Source: an uncultured Bacilli bacterium (GTDB lineage: Bacteria; Bacillota_I; Bacilli_A; RF39; UBA660). Taken from it: 32,540 bases of DNA. How positions within the stretch are numbered: position 1 is the stretch's first letter; each line of letters starts with the position of its first letter. The notes beneath the pieces were generated by a model. It had not been told where the DNA came from. It saw only the letters and a list, made by a program, of their open reading frames with translations, and ran no database searches. Position numbers and translations under genes: made by a program. The stretch lies in contig CALVTA010000002.1 in NCBI GenBank assembly GCA_944359735.1, positions 1 to 32,540 on the forward strand. Reading direction: 5' to 3'. Of the stretch, positions 6,878 to 16,084 are shown piece by piece.

Positions 6878-8965
6878 TTAAGAACTATACTTTTCAATTT
6901 TATTATTAGTAAAATCAAACATAACCATTCCATTCATTCTAATATCATAAATAATCGTACCATTAGTATGTAATCTCTCTACTATTTCATCATGAGGATG
7001 ATTAAACTTATTATTAACTCCTGCTGAAATTAAAGCATAAGTAGGATTTACTTGTTTAATAAACTCTTCACTACTACTAGTCCTAGAGCCATGATGTCCA
7101 ACTTTTAATATTGTAACATTACTAATATCATAATTATTTAAAATATATTTTTCACTTCTAATACTAGCATCTCCCATAAACAATATTTTTCTATCATAAA
7201 TAGTACTATAAATGACAAGACTACTATCATTTTCATCATCGTATGTGTTAGAAATAATTAAAAAATTAAAATTACCCAAACTAAAACTATCGCCCTCTTT
7301 TAACTTATAATGGATAGAAGAATTATTCCAAATTTTTTTCTCTAAGTCATTTAATTGATTGTTATTAAAAAAAACTGTTTCAACATCTATCTCATCCATA
7401 ATAGTTAAAGCTTCTCCTGCATGGTCATAATCACCATGAGTTAAAACCAGATAATCAAGTTTAGTTATTCCTAACTGATAAAGAAAATTAACTATATACT
7501 CCCCCTTCTTTGTTTTTTCGTACACTTGCCATTCTTCCTTATAATACTCCATAACCCCTCCAGTATCTATCAGCATAGATCTATTATTAGATACCAGCAA
7601 AAAACAATCACCTTGTCCTACATCTATCATATAAAGAGCATCTTTAGAAAATACCAAAGGAAAAACATAATGCAAAATAATTCCTATAAAAAGGAAATAA
7701 AGAAAAATATAACTTTTCTTCTTAAAAAATAAATAGGCAAATATCAAAAGATAATATAAGAAATAAAAACAAATATTTATTCTTCTCAAGACAATAAAAC
7801 CAAATTTAAATTCAGAAAAAAAATTAACACTAACTTCAAACATATTTATAAAAAATTCCAAAACAAATGATAAATGCGGAATAAAGAAAACAATCATCGA
7901 TAATGGAAACATTATAATATTAATAAAAGGTACATAAAATAAATTGTATATTATACTAAGAGGATTAATATAAGAAAAATGATATAAAGAAATGGGTAAA
8001 CTAACCAAGAAGCTTACCCAAGATACTTTTAATAATTCTCGTATTTTCCCTATTTTCTTTTTATTATCCATATATAATATTAAAGTACAACTAATAACTG
8101 TAGAATACTGAAACCCAATATCATAAATATAATATGGATTCAAGAAAAATAAAATACTAAGAGAAAATAATATTAGAAAGAAAGGTTTTATTTGTAAATT
8201 GAGGATCTTATTTAAAGAAAAAACTATACTAAATACAATCGCTCTATCAATAGTAGCACAAGAATCAATAAAAAAATAATAGACAAATATAGCCAAATAA
8301 ATTAAAAGGAGTTTGCGTAAACTTACATTTTTTTTAAATCTACTGAATATCGCTTGTAATATTACAAACAAAAAACTTATTTGTGTACCAGAAAGAGCAA
8401 AGAGATGAGAAATACCTAACTTTTGAAATTTTTCTTCTAACTCTACATCAAAATTAGTATCATTTCCTAAAAAGAAAACATTTACATAATTACTAACTTT
8501 ATCGTTAGTAATACTATTTCTAAGGATAGTTTTCACCTCTTTTAAAATATTACTATTTTTATTTTCTATGGAAAATTCAGATGTTTTCAAAAGGTAAAAT
8601 ACTCCTTTACGTTTTAAATAGGCTGGGTAGGAAAAACTATAAAAATTTTTACTAGAAAGAGGTTTGACTAATTCACCCTCTAATTTAAGTACATCACCTA
8701 ATGAAAGATTCTTCTTTACTTTTTCTAAGGTATCCTCAGTATCAAAATAATATGTGGCAATAAGGTTTTCTTTTGCTTTAATCAACATTGTCATTTTATT
8801 ACCCTCATACTCCAAACTAACAACTTCTCCAATAAAATCTTTTTCACTCCCTCCATATTTAGAAGTATGATCAATATTTATACAAATAAATAGGTAAAAA
8901 ATGCTTATAACAAATAATAAAATATACAAATAATTAAGTAGTAATATTTTCCTTAATTTGATCAA
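6878..8965 (-). CDS. comEC: DNA internalization competence protein ComEC/Rec2
   Basis: It has an N-terminal OB/DUF4131-like region, a polytopic membrane core and a C-terminal metallo-beta-lactamase domain (DVGQGDCFLL, LTHGDYDHAG, GHHGS). Confidence 0.9.
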   Translation of the reverse strand: MIKLRKILLLNYLYILLFVISIFYLFICINIDHTSKYGGSEKDFIGEVVSLEYEGNKMTMLIKAKENLIATYYFDTEDTLEKVKKNLSLGDVLKLEGELVKPLSSKNFYSFSYPAYLKRKGVFYLLKTSEFSIENKNSNILKEVKTILRNSITNDKVSNYVNVFFLGNDTNFDVELEEKFQKLGISHLFALSGTQISFLFVILQAIFSRFKKNVSLRKLLLIYLAIFVYYFFIDSCATIDRAIVFSIVFSLNKILNLQIKPFFLILFSLSILFFLNPYYIYDIGFQYSTVISCTLILYMDNKKKIGKIRELLKVSWVSFLVSLPISLYHFSYINPLSIIYNLFYVPFINIIMFPLSMIVFFIPHLSFVLEFFINMFEVSVNFFSEFKFGFIVLRRINICFYFLYYLLIFAYLFFKKKSYIFLYFLFIGIILHYVFPLVFSKDALYMIDVGQGDCFLLVSNNRSMLIDTGGVMEYYKEEWQVYEKTKKGEYIVNFLYQLGITKLDYLVLTHGDYDHAGEALTIMDEIDVETVFFNNNQLNDLEKKIWNNSSIHYKLKEGDSFSLGNFNFLIISNTYDDENDSSLVIYSTIYDRKILFMGDASIRSEKYILNNYDISNVTILKVGHHGSRTSSSEEFIKQVNPTYALISAGVNNKFNHPHDEIVERLHTNGTIIYDIRMNGMVMFDFTNNKIEKYSS

Positions 8966-9629
8966 ATATTGTATCTCCTATACCTTCAACTTCTTTTAGA
9001 TCCTCAATAGTTTGAAATGGCCCTACTTCTTCCCGATATTTAATAATAGACTTTGCTTTTGCCTCTCCAATACCAGAAAGCGTCATTAGTTCCTCCAAAC
9101 TAGCCTCATTAAGTGAAACTTTACTATCACTTAATACACTATTCTTCGTACTATCATTTTCAATACAGGCTCCATTAATTATCTCACTTTGATTAATACA
9201 AGCAGACTGTTCTTCTTGTTCTTTTTCTTTTGTGGCAGTAAAATTAACAACTTCATCATAACTATAAACAATTATTACCATCTCATCAGTTACTTTTTTA
9301 GATAGATTGAGAACAGAAGTATCAGCATCAACAGTTAAATCACCAGCTAACCTAATTACATCAATTACTCTACTCCCCTTCTTAACAGTATATATACCTG
9401 GAGTATTAACTTCACCTTTAATATCTACTTGGTAATACTCTTCAGCCTCATCATTATTAGAAGAATCTTCTTTAAGTTTTTCATTTGTAGTTTTCATTAC
9501 AACGCCTTCTTTAGCATCATCTTTAGAAAACTGAATTTTGAAAAAAAAGAACAGAATTAAGACCAATAACAAAGCTATGCCTAAAACACCAATAATGATT
9601 TCTTTTTTATGACGATAAGTAAAAGTCAT
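8934..9629 (-). CDS. comEA: Competence protein ComEA (DNA receptor)
   Basis: There is an N-terminal TM anchor, an SLBB-like segment (DIKGEVNTPGIYTV..GSRVIDVI) and a C-terminal helix-hairpin-helix (LMTLSGIGEAKAKSIIKYREE..GPF). The RBS is AAGGAGG. Confidence 0.88.
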   Translation of the reverse strand: MTFTYRHKKEIIIGVLGIALLLVLILFFFFKIQFSKDDAKEGVVMKTTNEKLKEDSSNNDEAEEYYQVDIKGEVNTPGIYTVKKGSRVIDVIRLAGDLTVDADTSVLNLSKKVTDEMVIIVYSYDEVVNFTATKEKEQEEQSACINQSEIINGACIENDSTKNSVLSDSKVSLNEASLEELMTLSGIGEAKAKSIIKYREEVGPFQTIEDLKEVEGIGDTIFDQIKENITT

Positions 9630-9706
9630 TTCTAATTACCTCCTTTCCAATCACAACATTAACAAAAGTTAAAAAAAAGTACAAAAAGCCAATATTTTAA
9701 ATTGAC

Positions 9707-9740
9707 AAAAAAAAGAAGTTCAATTTGCTTTTTCACTTCT
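9707..9740 (-). terminator. Rho-independent terminator after the FtsW/RodA-family gene
   Basis: The minus strand reads AGAAGT-(15 nt loop)-ACTTCT followed by a T8 run. Confidence 0.45.
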
Positions 9741-9796
9741 ACAAATTTAAACTTTTGAGCTCTAACTTAAACTAAATTTACAAAATTCAAACTTTT

Positions 9797-10936
9797 TTAT
9801 TTATTTTTTTCTCTTAACTTATTCTCAATATTAACTCGCTGAACCATTGCTAAAGCTACCATCAAACAGAGAGTAAAACTACCACCATAACTCATAAAAG
9901 GAAGAGGAACTCCTGTCATTGGCATTAAACCAAACAATCCCATCAAGTTAATAACTACATGTAAAAATATATAAATTGCAACCCCATAACATAATAAAGC
10001 TCCTCTATTTGTATAACTAGCTCTACCTATTTTTAAAATTCTATATAAGAGATAAAGATATGAAAGTATAATTAAAACGCCAACTATTAAACCAAGTTCT
10101 TCAACAATAACAGCAAAAATAAAATCTGTATAAGGATATGGTAAATACAAATATTTTTGTGTACTATTACCAAGTCCTATTCCTGTTAATCCACCGTTAT
10201 TAATAGCAATATAACCATTACACACCTGATTACCAGTATCAAGAAGTCTATCACAAGGTCTAGTAAAATTAAATCTTTCCAATTGTCTTGTTTGTAAAAT
10301 ACTACCACCTGTCATAATAAGTACTGCAGCAACTAAAATAGCCATTCCCAAAAATAATAAAATAACTTTACTCTTTATAGGTTTAGAAATAGGTGCTGCA
10401 AAAAAAATCAAACTTGTAAGTGCTGCAAAAATAATGGCTGTACCTAAATCAGGTTGTAACATAATTAGAAAAGTAATAATAACGCCTATAATCAAAGGAA
10501 CAAGCGTTATAAAAAAATTATTTAATTTTTTTTCATGAACTTCATAATATCTTGCCATAAAAACAATCATAATAACTTTAATAAACTCACTAGGTTGCAA
10601 AGTAAAAGGACCTATCGGAATCCAACTAACTGCATAATTAGTCGCTTTACCATAAACAAGCAACAATATTAAAACAGCAATCATAATAATCAATAAAAAA
10701 TTAGACATCATTCCATAAAATTTTGTATTAAACTTAACTAAAAATATACAAACTATAAAACTAACTAATAAAAATAATCCCTGTCTTAAAAAATATGCAT
10801 AAGGACTTCCTCCATTCATATAAGAAGTAACATTACTAGCAGAAAAAATCATAATCAATCCTAAAACAAAAAGAACTAAAGTAATAAGAAACAATGGTTT
10901 ATCAATATTTTTAATAATATCTTTAAATTTAGTCAC
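9797..10936 (-). CDS. SEDS-family peptidoglycan glycosyltransferase (FtsW/RodA/SpoVE)
   Basis: The protein is polytopic and carries the SEDS signatures LQPSEFIK, QPDLGTA, LPYPYTDFIFAVIVEELG and PLPFMSYGGS. It starts at GTG with the RBS AAGGAGGG. Confidence 0.88.
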   Translation of the reverse strand: MTKFKDIIKNIDKPLFLITLVLFVLGLIMIFSASNVTSYMNGGSPYAYFLRQGLFLLVSFIVCIFLVKFNTKFYGMMSNFLLIIMIAVLILLLVYGKATNYAVSWIPIGPFTLQPSEFIKVIMIVFMARYYEVHEKKLNNFFITLVPLIIGVIITFLIMLQPDLGTAIIFAALTSLIFFAAPISKPIKSKVILLFLGMAILVAAVLIMTGGSILQTRQLERFNFTRPCDRLLDTGNQVCNGYIAINNGGLTGIGLGNSTQKYLYLPYPYTDFIFAVIVEELGLIVGVLIILSYLYLLYRILKIGRASYTNRGALLCYGVAIYIFLHVVINLMGLFGLMPMTGVPLPFMSYGGSFTLCLMVALAMVQRVNIENKLREKNK

Positions 10937-11065
10937 TTTAACCCTCCTTGTCTTTTTCTTTTAGAATACCACATTTCTCTCTTAGTTTAAAGTTACCTAG
11001 TCAAATTCATTAACAATTTGACATATATTTTCATATCTTATAATAGAAAAAGGAGGTTTTAGACT

Positions 11066-11245
11066 ATGTATTATTATGGTGGGGGATCATTCAATTCATT
11101 CCCATCTTGTGGTTGCAATACACAAAACCCTTGGTGGTTTTACCCTAGTTGTGGCTTTTATAATCAAAACAATAACAACTATGCTATTATTTTAGTATTA
11201 TTTATTTTATTAGTTATTGTTATTGGTGCAAGATTTACACGTTAA
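11066..11245 (+). CDS. YjcZ-family tiny sporulation membrane protein (59 aa), absent from the ORF track
   Basis: The RBS AAAGGAGG lies 8 nt before the ATG. The translation is MYYYGGGSFNSFPSCGCNTQNPWWFYPSCGFYNQNNNNYAIILVLFILLVIVIGARFTR. The Gly/Tyr-rich head plus AIILVLFILLVIVIG matches the FALIVVLFILLIIVG core of the YjcZ family. A strong terminator follows immediately. Confidence 0.6.
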   Translation: MYYYGGGSFNSFPSCGCNTQNPWWFYPSCGFYNQNNNNYAIILVLFILLVIVIGARFTR

Positions 11246-11270
11246 GAAAGGTTGATCCTTTCTTTTTTTT
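11244..11270 (+). terminator. Rho-independent terminator
   Basis: AAGAAAGG-TTGAT-CCTTTCTT followed by a T run. Confidence 0.7.
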
Positions 11271-11310
11271 AAATTTTATGTTAGAATATAGCAAGAAATG
11301 GGGTATTTAG

Positions 11311-11859
11311 ATGTTAAAAAATAAAGATATATTAGACGAAAAAGATAAAAGATTACGTTTAGTTAGTAAAGATGTTACATTTCCTTTAAGTAAAGAAGAC
11401 TTAAAAAATATTGATTTAATGGTTGAATACCTAACTAATAGCCAAATTGAACGATTAGCTGAAAAATATAATCTTCGTCCTGGCATGGGTATGGCTGCTA
11501 TTCAATTAGGAATTCCTAAAAGATATTTAACTATTGTTCATGAAGTTGGAGAAGAAGAATTCGATACTTATATTATATGTAATCCTAAAATTGTTAGTAA
11601 TTCAATGGAAAAAATTTATGTTGAAATGGGAGAAGGATGTCTTTCTGTAAATCGTGAGGTAGATGGAATTGTTCCAAGATATGCTAGAGTTACAGTTGAA
11701 GGATATGATATAAATGGAAATAAAATTAGAATTAGAGCAAGGGAAGAACTTGCCATTGCTTTCCAACATGAAATAGACCATTTAAATGGGATCATGTTTA
11801 CTGATTATATTGATCCTAAAGCTCCTTTTAAAGATGCTGATAAATATAGATCTATTTAA
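11311..11859 (+). CDS. def: Peptide deformylase
   Basis: All three catalytic motifs are present: GMGMAAIQLG (GxGxAAxQ), EGCLS and HEIDHLNG. Confidence 0.95.
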   Translation: MLKNKDILDEKDKRLRLVSKDVTFPLSKEDLKNIDLMVEYLTNSQIERLAEKYNLRPGMGMAAIQLGIPKRYLTIVHEVGEEEFDTYIICNPKIVSNSMEKIYVEMGEGCLSVNREVDGIVPRYARVTVEGYDINGNKIRIRAREELAIAFQHEIDHLNGIMFTDYIDPKAPFKDADKYRSI

Positions 11860-11885
11860 AAAAGTAGGAAATACCTACTTTTTTA
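11858..11885. terminator. Bidirectional terminator between convergent genes
   Basis: AAAGTAGG-AAATA-CCTACTTT is flanked by an A run upstream and a T run downstream. Confidence 0.65.
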
Positions 11886-12641
11886 CTTTATCCCACTTTT
11901 ATTGCCATAATATAAAGCTAATACTTGTAACTTATCATCATCACAAGATAAATCAGGTATCTCATATAACAACTTGTTAAATGAAGTTATTATCTCTTCA
12001 TAAGAAAGACTTTTTATAATCTTTCCTTGTAACACCTTTCTTGCTTCTTCTTTACTCATATACAAAGCATTGCTTGCTATATCCAAAGTCTTCTCATTAT
12101 TTTCTAAATAAGCATGATAATGACCACCCACAAACAGATTATTATCATAAGACAAAACAGCTTTGTAATCTTTATTTTCTTTAATAAAATCAAAACTGCG
12201 AGCAAAACACCATCCCTTCAAAGGCTTTTCAAATATATAGCTAGTTTTACTATTTTTAAAGAAATCACTTGCTCTTCGCACCATAATAATACCCTTATTA
12301 GTCTTCAATTTATAAATACCATCAAAAATACTAAAATCCTCTATTCCTGGCCACAACAAAGCCTTTTCATCCCCTTCTAACAAGTGATAAATTGCATTAT
12401 GAATAGATGAAATATAATTAAAACCATATTCATTTAAAATTTTTTCTAATACTAAATGTTTATGATCTTTTTTAAGATAAAAATAATTATATAAAAGACT
12501 ATTAAGTGGATTATCATCATATTTATGATAAAATCCTACCGTTTTATATTTATCAATAATGAATTTTGCTACCTGAACATTCTGATCAAAATACCTAATT
12601 TCTGTATCTAAATACTGTCTATCAACTACATTAAATTCCAT
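11883..12641 (-). CDS. Hypothetical cytoplasmic protein, possible transglutaminase/papain-like Cys-His-Asp fold
   Basis: There is no signal peptide. The order KGWCFARSFDF ... GGHYHAYLE ... LDIASN resembles the G-x-C / H-x-W/Y-x-E / D pattern of transglutaminase-like cysteine peptidases. The assignment is weak. Confidence 0.35.
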   Translation of the reverse strand: MEFNVVDRQYLDTEIRYFDQNVQVAKFIIDKYKTVGFYHKYDDNPLNSLLYNYFYLKKDHKHLVLEKILNEYGFNYISSIHNAIYHLLEGDEKALLWPGIEDFSIFDGIYKLKTNKGIIMVRRASDFFKNSKTSYIFEKPLKGWCFARSFDFIKENKDYKAVLSYDNNLFVGGHYHAYLENNEKTLDIASNALYMSKEEARKVLQGKIIKSLSYEEIITSFNKLLYEIPDLSCDDDKLQVLALYYGNKSGIK

Positions 12642-12709
12642 AACCTTACCACCCTATTACTAGTATAACAAATATTTCTGTAAAGGAATAGATATTTCTT
12701 TTTAAATGA

Positions 12710-12738
12710 TTTACAAAACATAAGACAACTGCTAAAAT
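12710..12738 (+). promoter_or_regulatory. Sigma-A-type promoter (TTTACA-17-TAAAAT)
   Basis: The -35 TTTACA is at 12710-12715, the spacer is 17 nt and the -10 TAAAAT is at 12733-12738. This is 16 nt upstream of the ATG of the transglutaminase-like gene (RBS AGGAGG at 12745-12750). Confidence 0.4.
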
Positions 12739-12754
12739 TAGATAGGAGGATACA

Positions 12755-13666
12755 ATGAAAAAATATATTACTTTAATTTTTCTAATAATACTATTTGGCT
12801 TTACATATACATTTAGAAAGCCTTTATATAATTTATATAGAACTTATCTTATAAAAGAAAATAAAAATATAACTTTAAATGAAAAAAATAATTATAGTAG
12901 AGATTACAACTTTAATTATGTAAGTTTAACTAATAATTTTAGTCCTAGTAATTACCAAGATTTATTGAATATATACTTTACAGTTCTAAACTCAGGAATT
13001 ACTACATTTTCATTTTACTGCCCTAATAATTATACAGAATGTATAAATGATGTTGATAGTCTTGCTAATAACCAAAAAACTCTATCTACTATTAACAACT
13101 TTGTTCATCCTTTTAATAGTTTCAAACATCTAGAAACTAGTTATGATGATTATGGCAAAGTCACTTTAAAAATAGAACATATCTATACCGATAGTGATAT
13201 TAAATTAATAGAATCCAAAGTCAAAAATATAGAAAAAGAAATATGGCAAAACAACATGACGGAAGAAGATAAAATAAAAGCAGCCCATAATTATATTATA
13301 AATAACAGTAAATACGATAAAGATAGAAGTGATAATAATATTGTAAAATACAAATCTGATACGGCTTATGGAACTCTTTTAGAAGGATACAGTCTTTGTG
13401 GTGGATATACTGATGCCATGGAATTATTTTTAGAAGATATGAATTTAAAAAGCTACAAAGTAGCCTCTGAAAATCACGTTTGGAATGCCTTATATATTAA
13501 TGAAAATTGGTATCATCTAGATCTTACTTGGGATGATCCTATTACAACCGATGGTAGCGATATTTTAGAATATAATTTTTTCTTAATAACGACAAGTGAA
13601 TTAGAAAGTCTAGAAGCCGAACAACATATTTACGATAAAACTATTTACAGTGAACTTGCAACTTAA
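12755..13666 (+). CDS. Membrane-anchored transglutaminase-like domain protein
   Basis: There is an N-terminal TM/signal anchor (ITLIFLIILFGF). The transglutaminase-core triad context reads YSLCGGYTDAMELF ... ENHVWNALYI ... WYHLDLTWDD. Confidence 0.75.
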   Translation: MKKYITLIFLIILFGFTYTFRKPLYNLYRTYLIKENKNITLNEKNNYSRDYNFNYVSLTNNFSPSNYQDLLNIYFTVLNSGITTFSFYCPNNYTECINDVDSLANNQKTLSTINNFVHPFNSFKHLETSYDDYGKVTLKIEHIYTDSDIKLIESKVKNIEKEIWQNNMTEEDKIKAAHNYIINNSKYDKDRSDNNIVKYKSDTAYGTLLEGYSLCGGYTDAMELFLEDMNLKSYKVASENHVWNALYINENWYHLDLTWDDPITTDGSDILEYNFFLITTSELESLEAEQHIYDKTIYSELAT

Positions 13667-13698
13667 AAAATGCTATGATTTTAAATCCTAGCATTTTT
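13665..13698. terminator. Bidirectional hairpin terminator between convergent genes
   Basis: AAAATGCTA-(13 nt)-TAGCATTTT with flanking A and T runs. Confidence 0.5.
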
Positions 13699-13720
13699 TA
13701 GTTATTACTAAAACATATTA

Positions 13721-16084
13721 TTAACTCCTAAGTTCTACATTTAAAGTAGACTCCACTTTTTTAATAATATTATCAAATACATTCATAACTTCTTCATCAG
13801 TTAGAGTCCTATTTTTATCCATAAATGTAAGATTATAAGCAATAGATTTTTTATCATCATCTAAGTTTTGATAGACATCAAAAACTTTAATTTCACTAAG
13901 CAATCTACCTCCAGCCTTTTTTATAACAGTTTCAATATCACTTGATAACATCTCTTTAGGAACAACAAAAGCAACATCTTTAATAATAGTTGGATACCTA
14001 GAAGCTTCTTTATATTTTAAAGCCTTTACTTTACCCATCAAAGCCTCCATTGAAATCTCACAAACATAAACTTCATCCTTGCAATTTTTAGGATGAACTC
14101 GTCCCATAATTCCAATTTTTTTACGATCTAATAATATATCAGAAGATATACCAGGATGTAATGAAGAAGTAGTTCCTCTAACAAATTGATATCTATTTTT
14201 AAAGCCTAAATAATTAAGCAGTTCTTCAACAATGCCTTTCACCAAATAAAAGTCTACCTTAAGAGATCCCTGCCAAGAATTAACAACATAATTTCCTTTC
14301 ATAAGAAATGAAATTTTACTTTCTTCATTATAATCATTATCATAGACCTTAGAAATTTCATAAATATTTATATTTTCTACTTTACGAGCTTTATTATAAT
14401 TATATACATTTAATAAAGATGGTAATAAAGTAGTTCTAATAACACTCTTATCAACACTCATAGGATTTGGAAGAACAATATTTTGCCTTTCTTCATAATT
14501 AAACATTTTAGACATTTCAGGTGATACTAAAGTATAAGTTTTAACTTCATTAAGCCCTAAACTTCTAAGCCGCTTAGATATAACTTTACGATATTTAACA
14601 TCACCTATATATTGACCTCTGCGAATTTCAACTTTAGGCAACGTAGAAACTAATTTTTGATAACCATAAAGTCTACCAATCTCTTCAGCAATATCATTAA
14701 CATTAGGATCAATATCCAGTCTTCTTTTAGGAATTGTAACTTTAAACTTACCATTTTTTAGAGTATATGGAAAGTCAAGACGTTCAAGTTCAAACTTCAT
14801 ATCTTCCTCAGTAATACAAATTCCTAACATCCTATCAATTTGTTCAGGAACAAATTCTACTATCTTTTCAGTTTTATCAACAACATCATGGCTTACTATT
14901 CCTGATAAAACAGTAGCATTAGCATATTTTTCTAACAAATAGCATGCCCTATTAATAGCATCTAAAGTATATTCATAATTTAACCCTTTACCATATCTAA
15001 TGCTTGCTTCACTTCTAAGATCTAAATGAGTCGCTGTATATCTAATACTAACAGCATCAAAGATAGCAGATTCAATTAAAATATTTTTAGTATTAGAAGT
15101 TACTTCAGTATTTTCACCACCCATAACACCAGCAACACAAACGGGTTTAACTCCATCAGTAATAACGATATCACTACTTTTTAAAATTCTTTCCTTTCCA
15201 TCTAAAGTAATTATTTTCTCTTCATCTTTAGCATCTCTTACTAAAATTTTATCTCCCAATACATCTTTATCAAAGAAATGAAGTGGTTGTCCAAACTCTA
15301 ACATAACATAATTAGAAATATCTACAACATTATTAATCGGTCTCATACCAACAGATAATAATCTTCTTTTAATAAAATCAGGAGACTCCTTAATTTCTAC
15401 ATTAGTAACCATCTTTGCTAAATAATAAGGACATTTATCAGTCTTAACTTCTAATTTAAAACAATCATTTATATCATTCTTAGATTCTTTATAAGATAAA
15501 TTAGGTAATTTTACTTTTCTATTTAGTATTGCCGATATTTCATAAGCGAAACCAATATGATAATAACAGTCATTATTGCGATGTTTATGAATATCTAACT
15601 CGTATAATGTATCCTCAAGTCCTAAGTACACTAAAGGATCGCTTCCCACTACAGCATCATCTTTTAACTCTGCAATACCTTTAGCATAAGTCTCATCAGT
15701 TTTTTCTTCAAACCCTAATTCATATAAAGCACAAATCATACCATTAGATTCTACTCCTCTAATTTTACTTGTTTTAATAATAAAATCTCCTGGTAAAACA
15801 GCACCTGGTAAGGCTACTATTACCTTTATACCTTCTCTAACATTAGGAGCTCCACAAACTATCTGTTGTAACTCATCTTTACCCACATCAACTTGACATA
15901 AATGTAAATGATCACTATCAGGATGATCTATACAACTCATAACTTTACCAATAACTAAATTATCTATTTTATTAGTAATAACTCTCTCAACATTTATACC
16001 AGCTTCTGTAATCTTAACCGCTAACTTCTCTAAATCTTGATCAGATATATCAATATAATCTTTTACCCACTCTAAATTAATCAT
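13721..16084 (-). CDS. pheT: Phenylalanine--tRNA ligase beta subunit
   Basis: The N-terminus is a tRNA-binding OB domain (GKVMSCIDHPDSDHLHLCQVDVG), followed by B3/4, B5 and a C-terminal FDX-ACB region. I placed the start at MINLEWVKDY (ATG 16084), which overlaps the pheS stop in ATGATTAA. The ORF-track extension to 16165 is rejected. Confidence 0.95.
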   Translation of the reverse strand: MINLEWVKDYIDISDQDLEKLAVKITEAGINVERVITNKIDNLVIGKVMSCIDHPDSDHLHLCQVDVGKDELQQIVCGAPNVREGIKVIVALPGAVLPGDFIIKTSKIRGVESNGMICALYELGFEEKTDETYAKGIAELKDDAVVGSDPLVYLGLEDTLYELDIHKHRNNDCYYHIGFAYEISAILNRKVKLPNLSYKESKNDINDCFKLEVKTDKCPYYLAKMVTNVEIKESPDFIKRRLLSVGMRPINNVVDISNYVMLEFGQPLHFFDKDVLGDKILVRDAKDEEKIITLDGKERILKSSDIVITDGVKPVCVAGVMGGENTEVTSNTKNILIESAIFDAVSIRYTATHLDLRSEASIRYGKGLNYEYTLDAINRACYLLEKYANATVLSGIVSHDVVDKTEKIVEFVPEQIDRMLGICITEEDMKFELERLDFPYTLKNGKFKVTIPKRRLDIDPNVNDIAEEIGRLYGYQKLVSTLPKVEIRRGQYIGDVKYRKVISKRLRSLGLNEVKTYTLVSPEMSKMFNYEERQNIVLPNPMSVDKSVIRTTLLPSLLNVYNYNKARKVENINIYEISKVYDNDYNEESKISFLMKGNYVVNSWQGSLKVDFYLVKGIVEELLNYLGFKNRYQFVRGTTSSLHPGISSDILLDRKKIGIMGRVHPKNCKDEVYVCEISMEALMGKVKALKYKEASRYPTIIKDVAFVVPKEMLSSDIETVIKKAGGRLLSEIKVFDVYQNLDDDKKSIAYNLTFMDKNRTLTDEEVMNVFDNIIKKVESTLNVELRS

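Noticed and set aside
7526-7732. 68-aa plus-strand ORF.
   Set aside because: It is antisense inside comEC.
11786-11980. 64-aa plus-strand ORF.
   Set aside because: It overlaps the 3' end of def in another frame, runs through the bidirectional terminator and is antisense to the next gene.
12114-12380. 88-aa plus-strand ORF.
   Set aside because: It is antisense inside the 252-aa hypothetical gene, has no RBS and has biased composition.
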